From Promethearchaeum syntrophicum (lineage in GTDB: Archaea > Asgardarchaeota > Lokiarchaeia > Sigyniarchaeales > Promethearchaeaceae), in the NCBI RefSeq assembly GCF_008000775.2, contig NZ_CP042905.2, forward strand, positions 2,970,001 to 3,002,000: a DNA stretch of 32,000 nt, read 5' to 3'. Positions 1-8,942 of the stretch are shown here, piece after piece (the first letter of the stretch is position 1; each line of letters opens with the position of its first letter). The position numbers and the translations under genes were made by a program. The notes below the pieces were generated by a model that saw only the letters and a list, made by a program, of their open reading frames with translations, was not told the origin of the DNA and made no database searches.

Positions 1-1118
1 GAAATCATGATAAAAGCAATATTTCAACTAAAAGGTCATGGTTACAATTTCTTGCGGAATTAGAACTTATCATTCTATTATCTCCTAAAACCAATAATAA
101 AGAAGAATATACTATTTTTAAATTCGTCCCTTATTCAGAAAACAAGAAAAATCCTGGGATGATTCGTATCAAAGACACTTGCATATACGGGATTCCATCT
201 TATGGGGCTATGACAAAAACATATTTTCCCGATATTTATAATGCACTCCCAGATAGTTCTGATACATTTAATATCTTGATGATGCATTTTGGGATAAATG
301 GTCAAGTTATAAACAAATTAGGATTTGAAATGAGTGAAGATTTAAAATTACTGCATAAAAAAGTAAATTATCTTGCGTTAGGTCATTTCCATAAAAAATA
401 TGCACTTCCCAAGAATAAAGAGTGGGTGTTTAACCCCGGAAGTTTAGAAGTTACTGATGCCAGAGAAATCTGGGAAAATTACCCTCGAGGCATTTTCTTA
501 GTGGAAGTGCATGATAAAGAAAATCCTAATATTAGGCATATTCCTTGGGTTAAAGGTAAAAGTGAAAGTCCTGATGAAATTCCCAATCGATTCTTTGCAG
601 ATATTACAATTGATATAGGGAAAAATGATTCAAGTTCATTTAAGGAGGCACTATCATATATATTAGAAAGCTTAAAAATTATTCTGGAAAAAAAAGGAAC
701 AGCTCATTTAAAAAAAAATGATTTAGAATTACCTATTGTTTTGCTTACCTTAAATGGGACAATTTCCTATTCAAGATTGGAAGTAAACATCAATAAACTG
801 AAAGAAAGAATTAAAGAAAAATACGATGTTTTGGATGTACGTGTTTTTAGTGGATCTGTGAAGTCAGAAATTGACGGAATCGTGGTAGATATAAGTTCTG
901 AGAAATCACTTGAAGAAATTGAAAAAGATGTATTTTTACAACTCATTGAACAGCATCCAGATTATGAACCACACAAAAACGATATAATTCAATTAATGTT
1001 AGATTTAAAAAGTTCGATTCTTGATCCAAAAAAAAATTTTGACCAATTAAGAAATCAAATCAAATTATGGTGGAGATCACATATCTCACTCCCACAAGGG
1101 GAATTAAATAAGAATTAG
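1..1118 (+). CDS. mre11: Mre11-like DNA repair exonuclease, 5'-truncated by the window edge
   Basis: The frame of the listed ORF (159-1118) is open back to the window start, reading ...NHDKSNISTKRSWLQFLAELELIILLSP...; NHD fits the phosphoesterase GNHD motif. Downstream MMHFGI and ALGHFHKKY...NPGSLE fit the later calcineurin-like motifs. Rad50 follows 11 nt later. Confidence 0.9.
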   Translation, partial: NHDKSNISTKRSWLQFLAELELIILLSPKTNNKEEYTIFKFVPYSENKKNPGMIRIKDTCIYGIPSYGAMTKTYFPDIYNALPDSSDTFNILMMHFGINGQVINKLGFEMSEDLKLLHKKVNYLALGHFHKKYALPKNKEWVFNPGSLEVTDAREIWENYPRGIFLVEVHDKENPNIRHIPWVKGKSESPDEIPNRFFADITIDIGKNDSSSFKEALSYILESLKIILEKKGTAHLKKNDLELPIVLLTLNGTISYSRLEVNINKLKERIKEKYDVLDVRVFSGSVKSEIDGIVVDISSEKSLEEIEKDVFLQLIEQHPDYEPHKNDIIQLMLDLKSSILDPKKNFDQLRNQIKLWWRSHISLPQGELNKN

Positions 1119-1129
1119 GAGCAAATTTA

Positions 1130-3832
1130 ATGATAATAACTAAAGTGCAATTAATAAACATCACCACCCATAAGAATAATTTCATAAAATTTGAAGAAGG
1201 AACTAATCTTTTAATGGGACCCAATGGCACAGGAAAATCCACCGTTCTTACAATGATTGGGTATGCACTTTTTGATATGAAACTTGGAAATAATCAAAAA
1301 TCATACGTCCGTGTCCCATCATCTAAGAATAATTTTGGTACAGTAAAAATTTGGATAAGTGGCAAAGATAAACAAGAATATTGTATTGAACGCACAATTG
1401 GGAAACCTAACAATAAAATAATTGTATCTCATTCTGATACGGGTGCAATTCTAACTAAAATTTATAATAAAGCTAATTTACGGATTTGGATTCAAGATCA
1501 GATGGGATTAAGTAAAAATTTTTCACTTTCAAGTATATTCGAACACGCCATAGGTGTGAATCAAGGAACGTTTACTGCCCCATTTTTAATGAACCCTAGT
1601 GATAGGTCCAGTATTTTTGCCCCTTTACTAAATGTACATATTTATAAAAACATTTATGATAAATACAGAGAGATTAATAATTCATTCAAAGATGAAATTC
1701 AAAATTTAGAAAAAGAGATTAGCTTTATTGAAGGAGAATTAAAGGGAAAAGATCAAATCACTCAACAACAAATAGATATTAATGAAAAACTTCGAGAATT
1801 AAGGGTTTCATCTATAAGTTCGATTACAAATTTTAACCGAATAAAGAAAAAATACGATGAATTGGTACTAATAAAGGAAAAATTAGAAAAAGTAAGAAAT
1901 GATGTCGAAAGATTGGAGTATAAGAAGAAAAATTTAGAAGATATTCTTGATAAAAATGAAGTTGAAATCAATGAAGCTAAATCAGCAAAAAATATTTGCG
2001 ATGATTATAGAAATGATTATTTAGAATACAAAGAATTACTCAAAGATGAAAGAAAATTACAAGAAAAATATACCCTACTCAATAAATATATCGGAGAAAA
2101 AAATCATTATAATAAATCTTTAATAAAACTTGAAGGGAAATTAAATCAAATTTCAAATCAGATTGACAAAATCAATAAGAAAAGCGGTTTATTACCGACT
2201 TTAGAAAAGAAATTCCTCAGAAATAAGATTATTCAAAAAAAGATTCATAATCTCGTAATTCAAATTGAATCAAAAACCATTATGCAAAAAAATTTAGAAT
2301 TATTAATTCAGGATAATGCAAAACTTAAAAGAAAAATTACAAAATTGCAAAAAACATTAAAAATATTGCCTGAAATTGAAAAAAAATGTGTTCTAATAGA
2401 AACTTCTAATCAAAAAATTAATGAACTCAATCAGAAGATAGCGGTTAAAGAAGGAGAAATTAAGAAATTAAAGCAAAATAAAAAAGACTCCAAAGGAGGG
2501 AAATGTCCCTTCTTGCTTGAAAAATGTAAAAATATTGAAGGAGATTCATTGGAAGATTATTTTCAAAAGAAAATTGATGACGAACAAGATTCAATAAAGA
2601 AATTAAAAAACAATTTAAAGGGACTTATGGAAGAACTTGAAAATTTAAAGATTGAAGAAGGCAAATTAAAACAATTGGAAAGATCTCAGATAGAATTAAA
2701 ACAGCTTGAAGATCAGAGAAAAAATAATACTGTGAAAATCAACGATTTAAAGGAAAATACAAGTAATAAAGAAAAATTAGAAATTCATAAAAATAATCTC
2801 CAAGAGGAACAAAATATTCTTGAAAATGATGTAAAACAATATAATATTATCAATGAGAATATTACTAAAGATTTACCAGAGTTAAATCAAGAAAAAGCAG
2901 AAATTGAAATAGAAATTGTGAAATCAAATAAAATTTTAGAACCTTTTGAAAACCAAATTAAAGAATTAGTAGAAGTCCCCAATCTCCTTAAGGAAGTTAG
3001 GAAAAATATGAATTCAAGACAAGATAATTTTTATGCCTATAAAGAAAATGTTAAAACTATGAAGAAATTACCAAAATTTAAAGATGAACGACTCGAGATT
3101 AAATCTAAACTCCAAAAAAACATGAAGAAGCTACAAAGTAAAGAAAAAGAGAAACTTAATTTAGATAGACAATATGATGATGAACAATTTTTGAATTTAG
3201 AACAAGATAAAGAAAAAGCTAAAAACGATTCAATTGAAATACAAGCAGATATTAAAAACCAAGAAATTTTCTTATTGGATGCAATGAAAAAATTAGAAAA
3301 CTTATCCGAAAAAGAGAAAAATCTCAATCAAAAAAACCAAGATTGGAATGAATTGAAAAAAATTAGTGATTTTAGTGAAAAAATTCGCATCTGGTTTAAA
3401 GAAGCTCAACCTAAAATAACTGAAGCTCTCATGGCTCGAATTAATAATACTGCCTCTGAATTATTCAGAAAAATTACTGGTGATGAAGCCATTCAGCTAA
3501 AATGGCAAAAAGATTATGATATTCATATCATTACTGCCCATAATCCCCTTCGAACATTTTCACAGTTATCGGGCGGTGAACAAATGAGTGCTGCATTGTC
3601 TGTCCGATTAGCAGTATTAAAAGTGCTTACAAAAATTGATTTTGCGTTTTTTGATGAACCAACGACTAATCTCGACTCAGAAAAACGGAAAAATCTCTCT
3701 AGCTGTATACAAAATATACGAGGATTCAAACAACTATTCGTAATCTCACATGACGATACATTTGAAGAAAATGCGGATTTTTCTATTCATTTCTCAAAGA
3801 ATGATTATGATGAAACTGTTGTAACATCCTAA
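1130..3832 (+). CDS. rad50: Rad50-like SMC-family ATPase
   Basis: Walker A GPNGTGKST, long coiled coil, central CPFLLEKC motif, ABC signature LSGGEQ, Walker B FAFFDEPTTNLD, and position directly after mre11. Confidence 0.92.
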   Translation: MIITKVQLINITTHKNNFIKFEEGTNLLMGPNGTGKSTVLTMIGYALFDMKLGNNQKSYVRVPSSKNNFGTVKIWISGKDKQEYCIERTIGKPNNKIIVSHSDTGAILTKIYNKANLRIWIQDQMGLSKNFSLSSIFEHAIGVNQGTFTAPFLMNPSDRSSIFAPLLNVHIYKNIYDKYREINNSFKDEIQNLEKEISFIEGELKGKDQITQQQIDINEKLRELRVSSISSITNFNRIKKKYDELVLIKEKLEKVRNDVERLEYKKKNLEDILDKNEVEINEAKSAKNICDDYRNDYLEYKELLKDERKLQEKYTLLNKYIGEKNHYNKSLIKLEGKLNQISNQIDKINKKSGLLPTLEKKFLRNKIIQKKIHNLVIQIESKTIMQKNLELLIQDNAKLKRKITKLQKTLKILPEIEKKCVLIETSNQKINELNQKIAVKEGEIKKLKQNKKDSKGGKCPFLLEKCKNIEGDSLEDYFQKKIDDEQDSIKKLKNNLKGLMEELENLKIEEGKLKQLERSQIELKQLEDQRKNNTVKINDLKENTSNKEKLEIHKNNLQEEQNILENDVKQYNIINENITKDLPELNQEKAEIEIEIVKSNKILEPFENQIKELVEVPNLLKEVRKNMNSRQDNFYAYKENVKTMKKLPKFKDERLEIKSKLQKNMKKLQSKEKEKLNLDRQYDDEQFLNLEQDKEKAKNDSIEIQADIKNQEIFLLDAMKKLENLSEKEKNLNQKNQDWNELKKISDFSEKIRIWFKEAQPKITEALMARINNTASELFRKITGDEAIQLKWQKDYDIHIITAHNPLRTFSQLSGGEQMSAALSVRLAVLKVLTKIDFAFFDEPTTNLDSEKRKNLSSCIQNIRGFKQLFVISHDDTFEENADFSIHFSKNDYDETVVTS

Positions 3833-3895
3833 AGAAGGAAAATTATATCCATCTGCTAGATAATAATTTAAGAACAAAATCATTTTTTTATTAAA

Positions 3896-4384
3896 ATGGA
3901 AGGTCGAGTCATTCTTCGAATTAGTGACTTCTTCAAATTTTTTTTTGTCAATCCAGGTTTGATTTTTGGATATTTGAATGATATTTTTGAGAAAAAGTAT
4001 CAATCAATGCAATATATAGAAGAGCTCGAAAATGGATTTTTATTCGTGTTCAAAGATATTGAATCTTTCAAGAAAAGAGCAAAACCCTTAATAAAAGAAG
4101 AGCTCAAAGAAATTACGAACAATGACACGAGTGCCATGAATTTTTTTCAGAAATTTTTTATTCCAAAAGAGAAATTTCCAAAAGAAGGAATTATATTGGA
4201 GATAGAGATTATATCAGGGGATAAATCAGAAATAGTTCCTTTTCTTAAGAATTTCATTTATTCCGTCAGCCAAAACATTAATATTAAGATAGATAATGAG
4301 CAGAATTTATTATTTAAAATCCTTGATTTTGATATTATTAAAAAATATGCTAATTCATTGATGAACCGATTTTATAAAACATAG
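3896..4384 (+). CDS. Small hypothetical protein, paralog of the next ORF
   Basis: 162-aa ATG-initiated ORF. Shares patterns with 4407-4916 (ELENGFLFVFKDIESFKK / ELIQDGFLMIFQNGKAFKN; FPKEGIIL / FPKKGIIL). Confidence 0.7.
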   Translation: MEGRVILRISDFFKFFFVNPGLIFGYLNDIFEKKYQSMQYIEELENGFLFVFKDIESFKKRAKPLIKEELKEITNNDTSAMNFFQKFFIPKEKFPKEGIILEIEIISGDKSEIVPFLKNFIYSVSQNINIKIDNEQNLLFKILDFDIIKKYANSLMNRFYKT

Positions 4385-4418
4385 ATTTAAGAATATAAAA
4401 GTTATAGTGAGTTTAATA

Positions 4419-4916
4419 ATGGATAGGAAGATTGTTGTAAAGATCAGTTTCTCAATAGATATAATTAATAAAAGTATTGAGAAATATTCAGGTTATTTCA
4501 ACGAATTAAATAAGAAATTCAATGAAGGTGAAATTTATTTAGAATTAATTCAAGATGGATTTTTAATGATTTTTCAAAACGGTAAAGCTTTTAAAAATTA
4601 CCATACATTGCCCAAAGAAAAAATGGAGCGAGAATTAAAACAGATGGATGAAGACGACAAATCTTTTCTATTTGATAAACAGTTCTTTAAAAAAATTTTT
4701 CCCAAAAAAGGAATCATTCTTAACTCTGAGGGATATTCGGGAAATCTTCACGCATTAACTCCCATAGTCAAAAATTTTTATGAAAAAATGCATCCCGATA
4801 TTCAAGTAATTCCTAGATCGGATAAATTGGTTCAAATTCATTTAAAAAGTATAGACGCTACTTATACATTCATAAATTTTTTGTATTGGAAGATTTACAC
4901 TTTGAAAAATCAATGA
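4419..4916 (+). CDS. Small hypothetical protein, paralog of the previous ORF
   Basis: The ORF track starts at GTG 4407; an in-frame ATG at 4419 (MDRKIVVKI) is a plausible start. Divergent similarity to 3896-4384. Confidence 0.7.
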   Translation: MDRKIVVKISFSIDIINKSIEKYSGYFNELNKKFNEGEIYLELIQDGFLMIFQNGKAFKNYHTLPKEKMERELKQMDEDDKSFLFDKQFFKKIFPKKGIILNSEGYSGNLHALTPIVKNFYEKMHPDIQVIPRSDKLVQIHLKSIDATYTFINFLYWKIYTLKNQ

Positions 4917-5002
4917 AGTTACATAATTTATTTTTTGCATATGGAATTTTTTCTTCGTACTTTCAAAAGTTTATATATAATATTGCCAATAAAAATCATA
5001 GA

Positions 5003-5809
5003 ATGAATAAAAATCTTCAACCATCTTCCATTCGTAAATATTCCATCCGATCGGATTATAAACTGAGTTTTACTTTAATTTTCCAAAATTTCCTTCCTAT
5101 TTTTATTGTTTTGGCAATAGGAGTTGTTCTTAACGAGGTTTTGGATTATTTATTTCTAGATGTGCTCTTTCCCGAACTCCCTTTCAATCAATATGGACTT
5201 CCTCCCGGATTATTATATTTCCTAAGTAATCTTCCGGGTGATGCGATTTTTTATGGGTTTTTCGGGGTGTGCATGGGACTTTGTTCGGAGATTATGTCTT
5301 CTGGAGATCAATTTACCCAGGTAAAGAGATTTCCATACTATCTTAAAAAATTCTGGCTCAAATTTTTTGCACTAGGCTTAGTCATCAATTTCCCATTCTA
5401 TTTGGCATATTTTATCAGAGCATCGTGGGTAAATCCCGTGTTATTCATTACACTTTGGGCGTTATCACATTTTGTGTATTACTTTTTAGTGGAAATTAAT
5501 CCGGCTCTCATTACCAGGTCAAAATTTCGAGAGGCAATTAAAGATAATATTTTTCTTCTTAAATCCCAATTTTTAAGAATTCTGATAACATTTGGAATAA
5601 TAACTTTAGTGTTTTCAAGTCCCCTAATAATTTTGAGATCTTTGGAACAATTTGGGTCATTTTCAGATGCAGATATTGAGATTCTTCATTTTCTCCACCG
5701 CTTATTTAATTATATCAAAATTTTTATCGGGAATCCGCTTAACGCGTTTCTTTCCATTGGTATTTATAATGAAAATATTGTCTTCCCAACTCTCCAAAGT
5801 AAAAAATGA
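5003..5809 (+). CDS. Multipass membrane protein, copy 1 of a tandem pair
   Basis: The listed start (4886) overlaps the previous gene. ATG 5003 (MNKNLQPSSIRKYSIRSDYKLSF) aligns with the start of the paralog (MKANHELSSTRKYPIVSDYKLSF). Several hydrophobic segments. Confidence 0.8.
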   Translation: MNKNLQPSSIRKYSIRSDYKLSFTLIFQNFLPIFIVLAIGVVLNEVLDYLFLDVLFPELPFNQYGLPPGLLYFLSNLPGDAIFYGFFGVCMGLCSEIMSSGDQFTQVKRFPYYLKKFWLKFFALGLVINFPFYLAYFIRASWVNPVLFITLWALSHFVYYFLVEINPALITRSKFREAIKDNIFLLKSQFLRILITFGIITLVFSSPLIILRSLEQFGSFSDADIEILHFLHRLFNYIKIFIGNPLNAFLSIGIYNENIVFPTLQSKK

Positions 5810-5947
5810 ATTAACTAAGGTCAGCGTGATTGGAAAGTTAATCCCTTGAATAATAAATGAAATAATATATCCTTCATTTAGATATAACTTCTTCAACGAA
5901 ATTTCAAATTAAAGTTTATAAATTATATTCTCCATAAAAACTAGAGT

Positions 5948-6763
5948 ATGAAAGCAAATCACGAATTATCATCGACCCGTAAATATCCAATTGTATCTGA
6001 TTATAAACTGAGTTTTACTTTAATTTTCCAAAATTTTATCCCAATTTTTATTGTTTTGGCAATAGGGGTTGTATTAATGGAGATTTTAGATTACTTTTTA
6101 TTAGATGTACTATTCCATGAACTCAATCTCGTACAAAATACTTGGTTACACCAAATTATCTATGTCTTATGTAAACTACCAGGGGATGCAATTTTTTATG
6201 GATTTTTCGGAGTGTGTATGGGATTATGTTCGGATATAATGACTTCGGGTGACGAATTTACACAGATAACGAGATTTCCATATTATCTTAGAAAATATTG
6301 GCTTAAATTTGTTTTACTCTGCTTGTTAATCAATTTCCCTTTCTACCTTTCTTATTTTATTCCACAACCGTGGTTTAATCTTGGTATATTCATATTTCTT
6401 TGGATTCTCGCTCATTTTATTTATTATTTCTTGGTGGAAATTAATCCAGGTCTTATTCAAAGGTCAAAAGTTCTCGAGGCTATCAAAGACAATATTATTC
6501 TCCTTAAATCCCAATTTATTCGAATTTTGATAACATTTGGAATAATTTCTATAGTGTTCTCTGGTCCACTTTTAATAATGAGATCTTTGATACTATTTGG
6601 GGGAAAATCACCAGAAGAAATTAGGCAACTTGAACTTTTCCATCGCATATATACTTATATCAAAATTTTTATCGGACATCCGCTTAACGCATTTCTTTCT
6701 ATTGGTATTTACAATGAAAATATTGTCTTCCCATTACTCCAAAATAAAGAAAAATTAAACTAA
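5948..6763 (+). CDS. Multipass membrane protein, copy 2 of a tandem pair
   Basis: 271-aa ORF highly similar to the preceding gene throughout (PGDAIFYGFFGVCMGLC, YYFLVEINP, ILITFGII, GIYNENIVFP). Confidence 0.85.
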   Translation: MKANHELSSTRKYPIVSDYKLSFTLIFQNFIPIFIVLAIGVVLMEILDYFLLDVLFHELNLVQNTWLHQIIYVLCKLPGDAIFYGFFGVCMGLCSDIMTSGDEFTQITRFPYYLRKYWLKFVLLCLLINFPFYLSYFIPQPWFNLGIFIFLWILAHFIYYFLVEINPGLIQRSKVLEAIKDNIILLKSQFIRILITFGIISIVFSGPLLIMRSLILFGGKSPEEIRQLELFHRIYTYIKIFIGHPLNAFLSIGIYNENIVFPLLQNKEKLN

Positions 6764-7086
6764 GGCCATCGGTACTGAATAATGAATTCTCTGGCAGTTA
6801 CCCGATAAAATTTCATAATTATCCTTTTTTCACTCATCTCTTTCCTTGCCAGAGTAATGAGACCCGCTTCTTCTAGATCTTTAAGATGGCGTTTTATAGT
6901 TCCCGGATTATATTTTGTATCCTTATGAAGTTGCATGATTGTTTTTGCTTCTGCATAAAGATTTTCAAGAATAATAAGTTTTACAGAGTGTTGAAATTGA
7001 TTAATCACACTGGGATCTGTGATTACCATTGAATCTCTAGGAATAAATTCTGTTCCATGATCTGATTCTTGAATTTTAATGGACAC
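6760..7086 (-). CDS. Winged-helix / ArsR-like transcriptional regulator
   Basis: 108 aa with HTH pattern AKTIMQLHKDTKYNPGTIKRHLKDLEEAGLITLARKE...KFYRVT. Its stop codon overlaps the convergent membrane gene stop (ctaa). Confidence 0.75.
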   Translation of the reverse strand: MSIKIQESDHGTEFIPRDSMVITDPSVINQFQHSVKLIILENLYAEAKTIMQLHKDTKYNPGTIKRHLKDLEEAGLITLARKEMSEKRIIMKFYRVTAREFIIQYRWP

Positions 7087-7196
7087 CCCTAATAATTTGT
7101 AATTGTGTTGTAGTTAAATAAATTGTTATTAATAATCCTTTCAACTTTCTAAATTAAACCTATTTTTAATATTTGCTAAATCTTCTGTACTTATAT

Positions 7197-7221
7197 ATAT
7201 TTTGTAAATAATGCAAAATAT
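7197..7221. promoter_or_regulatory. Putative operator site 1 (inverted repeat ATATTTTG-N9-CAAAATAT)
   Basis: Perfect 8-bp arms 7197-7204 and 7214-7221, with core TTTG-N9-CAAA shared with site 2. Confidence 0.5.
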
Positions 7222-7247
7222 TTAAAAAACATTTTTACTATACTAGA

Positions 7248-7274
7248 CATAATTTGCAATAATTGCAAACTATG
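7248..7274. promoter_or_regulatory. Putative operator site 2 (inverted repeat CATAATTTGCAAT-A-ATTGCAAACTATG)
   Basis: 12 of 13 arm positions pair; the inner 17 bp TTTGCAATAATTGCAAA is a perfect palindrome about one central base. Lies in the divergent intergenic region next to an HTH gene. Confidence 0.6.
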
Positions 7275-7321
7275 TTTTCTTCCTCTACAGTTTGAAAAAT
7301 TTTTCAGGATATTTGAAAAAC

Positions 7322-8131
7322 ATGAAAATAACAAAAAAAATAGTTTTGACATACTCAATTCTACTAATATTTTTTAGTACCACACCAACTGTTAAATTAG
7401 TAAACGCTCAAGAATCCTCTGAAACAACATACAAAGCATTATTTTTAGTCTCAAATGCATATGGAGATAATTATTACGACCTGGTTGGGAATTTTTCTCA
7501 ATGGGGGTGGGAAATAGAGACTGCGGGAAGCAGCAACGTTGTTAAAGGGTGTGTCAATCATCACTTAGCCTATACACTGAATTGTAATCTTACCTTTAAT
7601 GATTTGAATGAATCTAAGATTCAAGAGTATGATTGTCTAATTATTCCAAGCGGAGGTCATTGGTATTCGCTTGTGGCTTTAGATTCTGTAGAATTAATAG
7701 TTAGAACCGCTCATGAAAGCGATTTAATCATAGGAACACTATGTATAGGACAGAAAGTCCTTTCCGATATCGATGGTTTAATGGATGGAGTAAAAGTTGC
7801 CTATTTCAATATGGTAGAATCAGATATGGAAAGAGAAAACGCCCGAATAGTCCATCGAGATGTTGTAACTGATGATGGGTTTGTCACTGGTGGCGGAGGA
7901 GGGAGTTTATCGGGAGGAGGTTATACTGTCGCACCCACAGCCGAATTTTGCGAAGCAGTGAAAGCCGCTTTGGAACCTAATAATAATAAACTAATCTATT
8001 CGTTAACAGGGTCGATTGGGGGAGTTTTGTTACTATCAATTGGAATATTAGTTGTAAAAAACCGACATAAAATTTTTTCAAAAACACATAAAAAAACTCA
8101 ACAAGTTAAAGAAAAAAGAAGTGAAATATAA
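7322..8131 (+). CDS. DJ-1/PfpI (type 1 glutamine amidotransferase-like) family protein with N-terminal signal/TM segment and C-terminal TM anchor
   Basis: ORF open from 7292; ATG 7322 gives MKITKKIVLTYSILLIFFSTTPTVKLVNAQ, a signal-like start. Core LIIPSGGHW...IIGTLCIGQKVLSDIDGLMDGVKVAYF resembles the DJ-1/PfpI nucleophile region. C-terminal hydrophobic helix LTGSIGGVLLLSIGILVV then basic residues. Confidence 0.7.
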   Translation: MKITKKIVLTYSILLIFFSTTPTVKLVNAQESSETTYKALFLVSNAYGDNYYDLVGNFSQWGWEIETAGSSNVVKGCVNHHLAYTLNCNLTFNDLNESKIQEYDCLIIPSGGHWYSLVALDSVELIVRTAHESDLIIGTLCIGQKVLSDIDGLMDGVKVAYFNMVESDMERENARIVHRDVVTDDGFVTGGGGGSLSGGGYTVAPTAEFCEAVKAALEPNNNKLIYSLTGSIGGVLLLSIGILVVKNRHKIFSKTHKKTQQVKEKRSEI

Positions 8132-8880
8132 TGAATTTGACAAAAAAAGGAAAAATAATAATTAGTCTTGGAGTGCTTGTAGTAATTCTCGGAGCAGGGA
8201 TTCCAATTATTGTCAGTAGCGTTGCCCAAGATTCTGCAGTGAAATTAACCCTTTTAGATAATGCGGGAGTAATGATTGAATTTCAAGAGACGCGGATTTA
8301 TATCGATCCATATAATTTTGGCAATGAATATGAAGATAAACCTGCGGACGCTATTTTAATAACGCACGAACATGGAGATCATTACGATCCTGATGTAATG
8401 GAGTCTTTGCAAAAGGAAGGAACGATCAATGTATTCCCGGCAATTATGGAAGCAGAAATCGCAAGATTTGATGGAATGGGTGTGGTTCCTGAGGAAAGCT
8501 TTATGGTAGGTAGCATAAATATTTCGACATTTTATATGTATACCAGTAACAGTCATCCACAATCATCAAATTACACCAGCTATATCATTGATATTAACGG
8601 ATTCACAATTTTTCATGCAGGCGATTCTTACAATTTAGTGGAATATTATGAATTGAGGGATAAAATCGATGTAGCAATGTTACCTGTGGGACCTGGATGC
8701 CAAACAATGGCAGAACAAGATATAATTACCGTCCTTTCAGTTATAAGACCAACTTATTACATACCCATACATTTTGCAGAAGATGCGGATGAAACATTCT
8801 TAGATACATATAGGGATTCGTTGAGTGATTATAAGGTAGTCCATTTATCATATTTTTCCTCACGTAGATTTTGGATCTAG
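8131..8880 (+). CDS. MBL-fold metal-dependent hydrolase (UlaG-like) with N-terminal signal/TM segment
   Basis: HEHGDHYDPD metal-binding motif, FHAGDSYNL, PIHFAED. Start overlaps the previous stop by 1 nt (TAATG). N-terminal IIISLGVLVVILGAGIPIIV. Confidence 0.85.
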   Translation: MNLTKKGKIIISLGVLVVILGAGIPIIVSSVAQDSAVKLTLLDNAGVMIEFQETRIYIDPYNFGNEYEDKPADAILITHEHGDHYDPDVMESLQKEGTINVFPAIMEAEIARFDGMGVVPEESFMVGSINISTFYMYTSNSHPQSSNYTSYIIDINGFTIFHAGDSYNLVEYYELRDKIDVAMLPVGPGCQTMAEQDIITVLSVIRPTYYIPIHFAEDADETFLDTYRDSLSDYKVVHLSYFSSRRFWI

Positions 8881-8884
8881 GATG

Positions 8885-8900
8885 TTTTTGTTTTTTTTTT
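8885..8900 (+). terminator. Poly-T tract, likely archaeal U-rich terminator
   Basis: TTTTTGTTTTTTTTTT immediately after the stop at 8880. Confidence 0.5.
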
Positions 8901-8942
8901 AATCACATAAAATAACATGAAAAATATTTAAGGTTAAATAAA

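Noticed and set aside
1762-3729. Minus-strand ORFs of 60-96 aa (1762-1971, 3037-3327, 3523-3729) inside rad50
   Set aside because: They lie antisense to a well-supported coding sequence, are rich in Phe/Ser/Leu as expected from antisense of Lys/Glu-rich coiled coil, and have no motif.
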